From: a virus
Strand: one strand, 5' to 3'
Virus record (IMG/VR): IMGVR_UViG_3300027834_000002
Coordinates: 1 to 44,145 of that record
DNA length: 44,145 nucleotides
The notes beneath the pieces are model-generated. The model saw only the letters and a list, made by a program, of their open reading frames with translations, did not search any database and was not told where the DNA came from. Below are positions 6,846 to 14,237 of this stretch, piece after piece. Each line of letters opens with the position of its first letter. The stretch's first letter is position 1. The translations under genes were made by a program, and so were the position numbers.

Positions 6846-7034
6846 ACGAAACCCGATTAATCCAGGATAACACAAATTATCAAGCAATATCCCGATATAA
6901 CCACCCTCTCAGAGCCACCACAATCGACGTTCTTCCACCCACCTAGCCCTAGGTATGGGCTGACCTAAGATGGCTTAGTCAGGTTAGGGATAGGTTAGTT
7001 TAGATTAAATCAGGGTGGGTTGTTATTACCGCTT

Positions 7035-7064
7035 GGGGGGGTTGGGGTAGGGGGTTGGTAGGGG
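7035..7064 (+). other. Canonical G-quadruplex motif on the plus strand, an imperfect inverted copy of the 6818-6845 block
   Basis: GGGGGGG-TT-GGGG-TA-GGGGG-TTGGTA-GGGG. It is followed by the small hairpin gggg-agaaa-cccc (7061-7073). Confidence 0.7.
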
Positions 7065-7206
7065 AGAAACCCCACTAACCATACAATATGTTTTTTCAAA
7101 AAGAGAAAAAAACTATAGAATGGAATCGAAAGATTTCTATAGCGATGAACGTTCCTTTGACGAAAGTACTTCTCGTCTCATATGTTTTTTTTAAATCTAA
7201 CCCAAC

Positions 7207-7248
7207 CTGATACTTTTACAAAGTATCTTCAGCAACCCTTTAGGTTGC
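7207..7248. repeat. Right arm of the perfect 42-bp inverted repeat
   Basis: ctgatacttttacaaagtatcttcagcaaccctttaggttgc is the reverse complement of 6642-6683. It extends imperfectly by 7 more bp (gttaggg versus ccttaac, 6 of 7). Confidence 0.95.
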
Positions 7249-7380
7249 CCTTAACTTTTCCCCTACCATATGTCGCATAATATTTCATTATAAAATATTA
7301 TTTATTATAAATACCAACTCCCACATGAAACCGTATAAGTTTCTATAGTGACATACCTGTCACACTTAAAACCAATGAGC

Positions 7381-7421
7381 ATAAGAAAAAGGTGGTAAGA
7401 GATATACAATCCCCTACCACC
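7381..7421 (-). terminator. Rho-independent terminator closing the late (virion) operon
   Basis: Minus-sense GGTGGTAGGGGA-TTGTATA-TCTCTTACCACC forms a 12-bp stem (two G-U pairs) with a 7-nt loop, followed by TTTTTCTTAT. It starts 5 nt after the stop codon at 7426. The two wobble positions would be A-C mismatches in plus sense, so the structure is specific to the transcribed strand. Confidence 0.8.
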
Positions 7422-7425
7422 CACA

Positions 7426-7725
7426 TTATCTCTTCCCAATCTCTTGGATAATAAACACTAACGTATTGTCTATTCTATCTAATCTCTTTACAATATGAGA
7501 CTGGAAGTCTTTATAGGTATCTTTCGATACCATCTCCCTAAGCTCTCCTTTTACGATATAAGTTTCAGGTAATGTAACCACTCTCTCTGTTATCCACCCT
7601 AATACTGGCAGTGTCAACATAAGGAATCCTATAAATACCTTTTTCCAAGCTTGGCTCTGAGCTAAGATCAACTCCTTAACACCGTGAGATGCATCCAGTG
7701 GCTCTAACTCTCTTTTATATTCCAC
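7426..7725 (-). CDS. Small membrane protein (99 aa), last gene of the late operon; holin-like candidate
   Basis: Track ORF with a GTG start preceded by TGGAGA. It has one hydrophobic helix (VFIGFLMLTLPVLGWI). Its position at the end of the structural module fits lysis genes. Function not shown. Confidence 0.7.
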   Translation of the reverse strand: MEYKRELEPLDASHGVKELILAQSQAWKKVFIGFLMLTLPVLGWITERVVTLPETYIVKGELREMVSKDTYKDFQSHIVKRLDRIDNTLVFIIQEIGKR

Positions 7726-7744
7726 AATGTCTCCATTAAAGTAG

Positions 7745-8050
7745 CTATTCAGGTTCTAGGTCATGGGCAGCAGCCTCAGCTTTTGCCGCCGCTAAAGCCG
7801 CTGCTTGTTCAGCATCTTTAGCATCCTTCCTAGCCTGCCACATAGCTTTTCTTTCATCGGTGAAAGCAACTACAGCCAAGTTTTTAGTCATATCATCTTG
7901 ATCTGTTGTATTGTCTATGGGTGTTAACACATGCCTATGGTAATTCTTTGATATTTCAACACCATCTTCCAAGATACGTGTAATCCTTCTCACGTTGATA
8001 GCACCTTCATCTGTGATTTGGTGGTCGTACGTTATCTGTTTTGTTAACAT
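7745..8050 (-). CDS. Hypothetical protein (101 aa) with Ala/Glu-rich C-terminal helix
   Basis: Track ORF with a strong SD (TAGGGAGGAAAAATG). Confidence 0.8.
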   Translation of the reverse strand: MLTKQITYDHQITDEGAINVRRITRILEDGVEISKNYHRHVLTPIDNTTDQDDMTKNLAVVAFTDERKAMWQARKDAKDAEQAAALAAAKAEAAAHDLEPE

Positions 8051-8158
8051 TTTTCCTCCCTATACTCTATAGGTAACAGTTATATCTAATTCTGATGTAT
8101 CGCTAAAGTCTGTATCATCAAGGACTGATCTAGCTCCACCTGAAGCTACTATAAACAG

Positions 8159-9799
8159 TCAGATGTCAGTTGAGTTATCAATACAACTAACTATTGTACC
8201 GTTATTTACGATCACATCGGTATCCATAACACCAGGAAATACCGGCGCCGATTCAGGTGAAAACGGTAATCCACCCACTTTAGCTGTCCCAGTACTAGTT
8301 CCTTTCGATGTTAGTGTAATTCCCATATGGACAAAGACCACATCTCCAACCTTTGTGTAAGTACCTGTCTGGGTACCGTATGTTATACCTGTAGTTCCTC
8401 CACCGAACTCCAAGGCTGGTGTCCATGTTCCGTCAGTCTCGTAATCATCGAAGGTATTGGCATCTGCACTTGGGACTGCTGTGGATGGGAAGGCTATCTG
8501 CCCACCGTTAACAGCTAGTGTCTTGTTTATCTCAAGATCACCGGCTAGATAATTATCTTTAGTGTTAGCTTGATAGATACCATATGGGTTAGTTACTGTA
8601 CCACCTGTTACTTCTGCACCAATATATATATCGTAGGCGTTAGTTATAGTCCCAGCCATTCGATATGGTGTTACCTTTAACCCATATGCGCTATCAATCG
8701 TACCAGTATCACCGGTATATGTACCATATGTTATGTCCATTGATGATATCTGCGTATTATTATTAACACCACCAAAAACCTCAGCATGAAACCCCTTAGT
8801 GTAACCAGTATTTTTATGAGTCCCTGATGTCTTCATAGATACATAAAGGCCTTTATTGTACTGGGATGCTTCAGCATTCGTTGTGATCGTCCTGTTAACG
8901 TCTATAGCATCAGTCCATGAATCAGTTGAATTAAGGGTTATATCTAGAGTATCCTTTAAATCTGTAGTACCGTTAACCTCAAGATTCAGGTTAGTCTCAA
9001 TGCTCCCAGCGAAATAGTTGTCTTTAGTGTTAGCTTGATAAATACCGTGGCCTCCTACCATAGTACCGCCAGTTACTTCTGGTGAAAGGTAAATATCTTT
9101 CATACTAGTAACTGTACCTGCTTGACGGTATGGGTATATCCTTAAACCGTAAGCGTAATCAGTTGTTCCAGTATCTCCAGTAGTATTACCGTATATAAGC
9201 TTCAAAGCTTCAATACGTGCAAGATTGTTAACCCCTCCGTGCGCACGTAGATCTTCACCTACAACGTATCCAGTATTCTTGGCTGAACCGCTAGAGTACA
9301 CTCTTACTCTATTGCCTATAGTTGTATATGAACCTTCCGAATTAGATGTTATGGTCTTATTAACATCTATACCTGTTGATCCTTCATCAGTTACAGACTC
9401 ACTCATTAACACTCCACCAGTAAAACTCCTTGTCCCATCAGCCTTTATATAGATAGCATGATCGTCATCGCCCAACCCATCCATGCCTCCATGGTCGTGC
9501 TTATGGAGTGTGGTGGCTCCAGCGTCCGTGAGGTCTGTATAGTTGGTTGATGTTAGGTGGTAATATTCGTCAGTTGTACCTCCTTGTAAACCGCTTAATA
9601 AGTTGTGACTTGTAATGGCTGCTGATAATGTGTTCCACATAGCAGCTCCAACAGTGTTATCAAGGCATTGATAAGAAGCATCGTTAGTCTCATCAAGCCA
9701 ACAATCACCCACTTCATAACCATCATTCATGTCATCATTAACTGTGGGTGCTGCCGCTTTGCCTTTAAACAATCTAACGTTTATAGGCTTCCATGCCAT
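8159..9799 (-). CDS. Tail fibre protein (546 aa) with two ~135-aa internal repeats
   Basis: The N-terminus GYEVGDCWLDETNDASYQCLDNTVGAAMW and the motif HNLLSGLQGGTTDEYYHLT are classic podovirus tail-fibre signatures. The protein is Gly/Thr/Asn-rich, has repeats at residues 143-277 and 298-432, and sits in the T7 gp17-equivalent position. Confidence 0.85.
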   Translation of the reverse strand: MAWKPINVRLFKGKAAAPTVNDDMNDGYEVGDCWLDETNDASYQCLDNTVGAAMWNTLSAAITSHNLLSGLQGGTTDEYYHLTSTNYTDLTDAGATTLHKHDHGGMDGLGDDDHAIYIKADGTRSFTGGVLMSESVTDEGSTGIDVNKTITSNSEGSYTTIGNRVRVYSSGSAKNTGYVVGEDLRAHGGVNNLARIEALKLIYGNTTGDTGTTDYAYGLRIYPYRQAGTVTSMKDIYLSPEVTGGTMVGGHGIYQANTKDNYFAGSIETNLNLEVNGTTDLKDTLDITLNSTDSWTDAIDVNRTITTNAEASQYNKGLYVSMKTSGTHKNTGYTKGFHAEVFGGVNNNTQISSMDITYGTYTGDTGTIDSAYGLKVTPYRMAGTITNAYDIYIGAEVTGGTVTNPYGIYQANTKDNYLAGDLEINKTLAVNGGQIAFPSTAVPSADANTFDDYETDGTWTPALEFGGGTTGITYGTQTGTYTKVGDVVFVHMGITLTSKGTSTGTAKVGGLPFSPESAPVFPGVMDTDVIVNNGTIVSCIDNSTDI

Positions 9800-9805
9800 A
9801 GTTTA

Positions 9806-10105
9806 TTACTTTCCTTTCACACCATAGGTGTATATTATTGTTCTGTTAGGTTTTTCTATCATCACGACATCTTTCTTGTTGAGGATTTTATTGACAATAT
9901 CCTTAACAAAATTCTTTTTATTTTCAATCCCAACCATTTTCACTGTCTTTGTTTTAAGTATCTTTCCGTGGTATTTATATTCCTTATGTATCTCACCTAT
10001 ATTCTTACCTTTATTGTTTATAAATATAACTCTTTCAGTTTTAAGTGTCTCCTTAGATATGACTTTAACTTTCTTGAATTTATTACCATCATCTTGAACG
10101 AACAT
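9806..10105 (-). CDS. Highly basic Lys-rich hypothetical protein (99 aa)
   Basis: Track ORF located in the virion module. Confidence 0.7.
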   Translation of the reverse strand: MFVQDDGNKFKKVKVISKETLKTERVIFINNKGKNIGEIHKEYKYHGKILKTKTVKMVGIENKKNFVKDIVNKILNKKDVVMIEKPNRTIIYTYGVKGK

Positions 10106-10115
10106 AAATACCTCT

Positions 10116-10448
10116 TTATTTTTGAGTGAAAAACATTGAAATCACGGCATCATCACCTGAAGCTGTACATTTAATCCTTAGCATATCACCTGGCTTAAGT
10201 GATAAAGGTATTATATCATTACCATCACTACCAGGCCCACTTGTTGCTCCAACATCAGCAGCCTTAATACCGTTGTTGATCCAGTTAACGCCTGATATAG
10301 ATGTCTCAACTGATATATCTAAAGTACCAGACCCTGTTATATTATATTCAAATGCATGTACATCCATACCGTCGTACAGTGCAATATCCCTCGATGTTTC
10401 GGTCTCACCGTTAACAACTGTAATTGCTTTAAAAGCTTGACACCACAT
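10116..10448 (-). CDS. Small beta-rich virion-module protein (110 aa), likely paralog of 10464..10814
   Basis: Track ORF. Its size, Thr/Ser/Gly-rich beta-type composition and single Trp-containing segment (GVNWIN versus GVDDWVD) parallel its neighbour. Confidence 0.75.
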   Translation of the reverse strand: MWCQAFKAITVVNGETETSRDIALYDGMDVHAFEYNITGSGTLDISVETSISGVNWINNGIKAADVGATSGPGSDGNDIIPLSLKPGDMLRIKCTASGDDAVISMFFTQK

Positions 10449-10463
10449 ACCCCATCCCCCTTA

Positions 10464-10814
10464 TTAAGCTATTGCCATTGAAAGACTAACGACTGGGTCA
10501 ACGGTATTGGCTACCTCAGCAATGCTAAACCTTACCCATCTAGTTGCTAGCATTGTGATAGCTACCCATTGTTGATTTCCACTTGCTCCTGGGTCTTGTG
10601 TTGTTATAAAAGCTGTACCATCTACCCAATCATCAACGCCATTGAATGAATACTGTGGGGTTATAGTTACTGAAGCTGTATTACCAGTCATATTGCTAAA
10701 CATAGCGAATGTCCAGTTCTCAGTGTTGTACATCTTAAGATCTATAGCATCTGTATATTCTGTTGTATTCTTTGTGATAGTCTCACTCATTATAACGTCT
10801 ATTATTTCTGCCAT
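10464..10814 (-). CDS. Small beta-rich virion-module protein (116 aa)
   Basis: Track ORF that starts directly after the stop of the 1137-aa gene. Confidence 0.75.
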   Translation of the reverse strand: MAEIIDVIMSETITKNTTEYTDAIDLKMYNTENWTFAMFSNMTGNTASVTITPQYSFNGVDDWVDGTAFITTQDPGASGNQQWVAITMLATRWVRFSIAEVANTVDPVVSLSMAIA

Positions 10815-13800
10815 TTAATCCCTCTTGTATTTGATTATAGATTTAAGGAAACCAGGCATACCTTCATCACCTGTCCTCCTGATTGTCTGCATGGCCTGTA
10901 TTCCACCTGGGGCAAACACTGGTAGAGAGCCAAATGCTAAGCGTTTAAACTGTCTTTTTGCATCATTAATATCACCCATACCTGTTACTGCCTGTGCTGA
11001 TGCTGTAACCAATCTAACTGCATCAACAGCTGGTCTCCATGTTGCTGGTAAACTTGGTGATAGTGGTAATGGTCCAGTTAACACTGTCCTTGATGCTGTC
11101 CTCTCATCCCATAACAATCTCATTCCATTATAAGCCATTGCAGATGTAAGCATAAACGTAAACAACTTCTCTAGCTTCTCTGGTGTCCCTTTCGTTCTAG
11201 TTGACCATTTAGCAAAAGCCTCACCATAATTCATCCACCATGACTGAAACAAAAAACCTGTTTTAGTTAATGCTCCTTTAGAGGAAGATATTAACGGTGA
11301 ATTAGCAGTGTTGTATAAATATTGAGTATCGGCTATAACGTCATTACAAAACACTGCTTTAGCATCTTTTAAGAGATTCCTTGTGCCACCGTGGCCTATT
11401 TCCTCAGAGCCTTTCATTACCATTTTAGTGATCTTCTCTGTTGAATCAGCAGCCCTTTGGTGTATCTTCATCTTCTTAAGGAATCTCTTTTTATCGAGGA
11501 CGCCATTAACCGTATACTTGCTAATGTAATGATCCCATTTAGCAGCAGCAGCAGAACCTGTGACCATCCTATTACTTACATCAGATGACTTATAGATATA
11601 TAAACAAGTATCCTGGATACCCTGCATGGTAGGTGCATCAAATGTATGTTTACCTATCTTAATGGTTTCACCTAGCTTACTGGCTTTATTCATGAATATC
11701 AGGTCTGGAGCGAAGTCCTGTATAGCACCAATACTCCTAACATATTTCACACCTTCCTCGGAAAAGGCTCGCTGGTATCCTTTAGCCAACCAATATATAT
11801 CTTTAACACCTCCCATATCTGTAGGAACCATCATAAGAGGTTGAAATAGATTACGCATTGCAGAAAAAGGTTTCAATCCTAATGCACCCATATAGACCAG
11901 GTTGTTCATTGTCTGAGCTACTCTGGTTATTCTTTCACCTGAAATAGCTAAGCCGAATTGTTTCCTTATAATAGCTGCAACAGTATTATCAGTATCGCTT
12001 GTCATTCCAAGCATTCGTTGGATATAATGTTCAGAATACTTCTTTAGTTCTGGAGGAAGATCTTTGATACTTTCTTGGACATCTTTCATATATGGATTAA
12101 TGTTAAGTTCTTTAGCCTGCATTCTTGATCTGATATTAACCAGATCTGCTAGATTAGTAACTCTTTCACCGGCAAACTCTTCATTCATTCTTGCCTTGGT
12201 GTATCCAGATGTCATCTTACCGGGAACACCCTCCATACTTTCTCTGATTACTGGATTTTTACCGATCCTTAATCCATAGTTCTCGGTGTAATCCATAAAG
12301 TCACCACCATTAGCTCTAATGGTTAGGCTATTCTTAAGTTTCTTGGCTTTATTTCTTATCTGATATAATTCTTTCTTTGATAAATCCTTCATTGACTTAT
12401 CAGTGAACCAGTTAAGCTTGCCATCATCAAGACCTTTAATTACCAGTCCCAATATCTTTTCTACGAAATCCTTCTTACCAGACTGTGAAAGGTTGCTTAC
12501 CGATGACATAGCCTCATCGATGTACCTGTTGATACCTTCAGCTCCATTCATTGATGCTTGGAACCCTATCTTTCCTTTTTCGGTTAAACCTATAGTGTCA
12601 AATGCGTGTGTTATTTTCCCTTTCATATGTTCACCATACATAAGATCTGACCACTCAACCCATGATTTAGCTAGCTTTTGTACTGTGTGCGACTTACCTT
12701 CGAATAACTCATTCATTGCCTCTTGTGGCCGACCTTTAGCTGTCATAGTGTCTATATCTGTAACCAGCTTACCAGCTTCATCAAGATCTTTTTTACGGTA
12801 TAGTTCTTTGAATTTATATGAACCTCCTTTTGTGTTTATTTTCCCTAATCCTTTACCTTGTAAGATTGCGTGCCATGACGTTATATTCATGAATGATGAT
12901 TTATTTGAATTCTCAACCAGCTTACCAAATCTACCATATACTTTGTCTTTCACTTTATAAGTTTTATTGTATTTAGCAAATACCTTTCTTGATGCACGAA
13001 ACCAGCTAATCTTGCCTATATCTATACCCTTAAGAACACCGTGTTCACGTTTAATGGTGTTTAGTAATACATTGGCTACCATATCTGTAGGTGCGTTCTT
13101 CATTGTCAAACCAATTGCATCTTCACCGTATATATCATAAGCAATCTTACTGAATGCAGTATCTGGTTTAATCTTTGTTCCAGTTAAAACTTTATTTAAT
13201 TGTTTTCCTAAGTGTTTACTATAATGCATTTGTCTTTGAACACCTTGTGGTATATCCCATTCTTTCGATTTCTTCTTGTAAGTCTTTGAATTTCTTATAT
13301 CTGATAACGCATTCTTCTTAAATCCAGCTGCACCGCTTCGCTTGTTTGTTGTTACCCATGCATCATTCTCACCTTTAAGCAACCTTTCAGCATCTACCTT
13401 TGTTAGATTGAATGCTTTAGCAGCTCTATCGACAGGCTTTACATATGTAAACTCTGGGATATCTCTCATAAGCTTATGGGCATATGGGTCTACCTCTTTG
13501 AAGTTAACTGATCTCTCTGCTTGCTTCTTAAGTATAGATGCTTTCCTTTTTTCTATTACCTTTATTGCGGCTGCGGCAATCTTAGGGTTATCCCTTGCCA
13601 TAGCTTTAATAGCTGGCTTTATAACGTTATCAGCTTTCTTCATTGCTGTTGTAGTGGCGATTCTTTTGACAACACTCTTTGCTGATTTCAATATAAATCC
13701 TCTTACAGCAAGCGTAGCTGGTGTCAATGCTGCACCGAGTGATGCAAGTGAAAATACTTCTATTCCTAAGATAGCTGCTTTCATACCTGTTGACATTTTA

Positions 13801-14228
13801 CCAAAATCTTCCTTTGAAGATGGGATAAGGAAAGTTTCACCAGGTACTATAAACGATGCTCCTGTTTTAAGAGTAGCGGCTAGCGTTGGGTTTTTTACTG
13901 CAAATTTACCTTCCCACGAACCTTTAACGTTTTCCGAGAATTCTGTCTCTTCCTCTACAGGATCACTCCAAAACCACTTACCTATACCTAACGGCAAATG
14001 ATCTGTTGCTAAATGTGCAGCAGCAGATAGGTTAGGGTTATCAGCAGACCAAGCTCTATCCCAATTAGACATAGCCTCTACACTGAAATCATGTTCAAGT
14101 TTTAGTTGTTCCTCTTCTTCCTTATCTCTAATCTCATCGCGACCGATACCAATATAACGCTGCTCTGTTGATTGGCTGTATTTATTATCTCCATCTTCTT
14201 TGATTCCAACATATCTTTGTTCTTCCAT
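10815..14228 (-). CDS. Very large virion protein (1137 aa), candidate internal/ejection protein (T7 gp16-like position)
   Basis: Longest ORF in the genome. It lies between smaller internal-protein candidates and the tail fibre and has hydrophobic segments (AAILGIEVFSLASLGAALTPATLAV). I saw no lysozyme or transglycosylase motif. Confidence 0.85.
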   Translation of the reverse strand: MEEQRYVGIKEDGDNKYSQSTEQRYIGIGRDEIRDKEEEEQLKLEHDFSVEAMSNWDRAWSADNPNLSAAAHLATDHLPLGIGKWFWSDPVEEETEFSENVKGSWEGKFAVKNPTLAATLKTGASFIVPGETFLIPSSKEDFGKMSTGMKAAILGIEVFSLASLGAALTPATLAVRGFILKSAKSVVKRIATTTAMKKADNVIKPAIKAMARDNPKIAAAAIKVIEKRKASILKKQAERSVNFKEVDPYAHKLMRDIPEFTYVKPVDRAAKAFNLTKVDAERLLKGENDAWVTTNKRSGAAGFKKNALSDIRNSKTYKKKSKEWDIPQGVQRQMHYSKHLGKQLNKVLTGTKIKPDTAFSKIAYDIYGEDAIGLTMKNAPTDMVANVLLNTIKREHGVLKGIDIGKISWFRASRKVFAKYNKTYKVKDKVYGRFGKLVENSNKSSFMNITSWHAILQGKGLGKINTKGGSYKFKELYRKKDLDEAGKLVTDIDTMTAKGRPQEAMNELFEGKSHTVQKLAKSWVEWSDLMYGEHMKGKITHAFDTIGLTEKGKIGFQASMNGAEGINRYIDEAMSSVSNLSQSGKKDFVEKILGLVIKGLDDGKLNWFTDKSMKDLSKKELYQIRNKAKKLKNSLTIRANGGDFMDYTENYGLRIGKNPVIRESMEGVPGKMTSGYTKARMNEEFAGERVTNLADLVNIRSRMQAKELNINPYMKDVQESIKDLPPELKKYSEHYIQRMLGMTSDTDNTVAAIIRKQFGLAISGERITRVAQTMNNLVYMGALGLKPFSAMRNLFQPLMMVPTDMGGVKDIYWLAKGYQRAFSEEGVKYVRSIGAIQDFAPDLIFMNKASKLGETIKIGKHTFDAPTMQGIQDTCLYIYKSSDVSNRMVTGSAAAAKWDHYISKYTVNGVLDKKRFLKKMKIHQRAADSTEKITKMVMKGSEEIGHGGTRNLLKDAKAVFCNDVIADTQYLYNTANSPLISSSKGALTKTGFLFQSWWMNYGEAFAKWSTRTKGTPEKLEKLFTFMLTSAMAYNGMRLLWDERTASRTVLTGPLPLSPSLPATWRPAVDAVRLVTASAQAVTGMGDINDAKRQFKRLAFGSLPVFAPGGIQAMQTIRRTGDEGMPGFLKSIIKYKRD

Positions 14229-14237
14229 GTTTATCCT

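Larger units (their letters stand above)
6143..7425. other. 1.28-kb non-coding, repeat-dense control region between the end of the late genes and the start of the early genes (candidate termini/pac/origin/early promoters)
   Basis: There is no ORF of 60 aa or more on either strand in a genome that is otherwise almost gap-free. It contains the iterons, arrays, inverted repeats, G-tracts and AT-rich palindromes listed separately. Confidence 0.85.

Noticed and set aside
6490-7020. Possible CRISPR array
   Set aside because: The units are 6-10 bp, contiguous and degenerate. There are no 25-40-bp repeats separated by unique spacers and no cas operon. The Cas4-like nuclease at 42106 is in a phage recombination context.
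6143-7425. tRNA or tmRNA genes in the non-coding regions (also 36763-37522)
   Set aside because: I found no T-loop consensus (GGTTCRANYC), no D-loop AGCTCAG-type box and no cloverleaf arrangement on either strand. A proper tRNAscan or Infernal run is still advisable.
8159-9799. Diversity-generating retroelement targeting the tail fibre
   Set aside because: There is no reverse transcriptase ORF and no near-identical template repeat elsewhere. The two fibre repeats are diverged at all base types, not only at adenines.
9668-14001. Plus-strand ORFs in the track (e.g. 9668..10129, 12403..12960, 13342..14001, and all others on +)
   Set aside because: All lie antisense to longer, motif-bearing minus-strand genes. 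They are Leu/Ser/Ile/Phe-rich as expected for shadow frames of AT-rich coding DNA, and they lack ribosome-binding sites.
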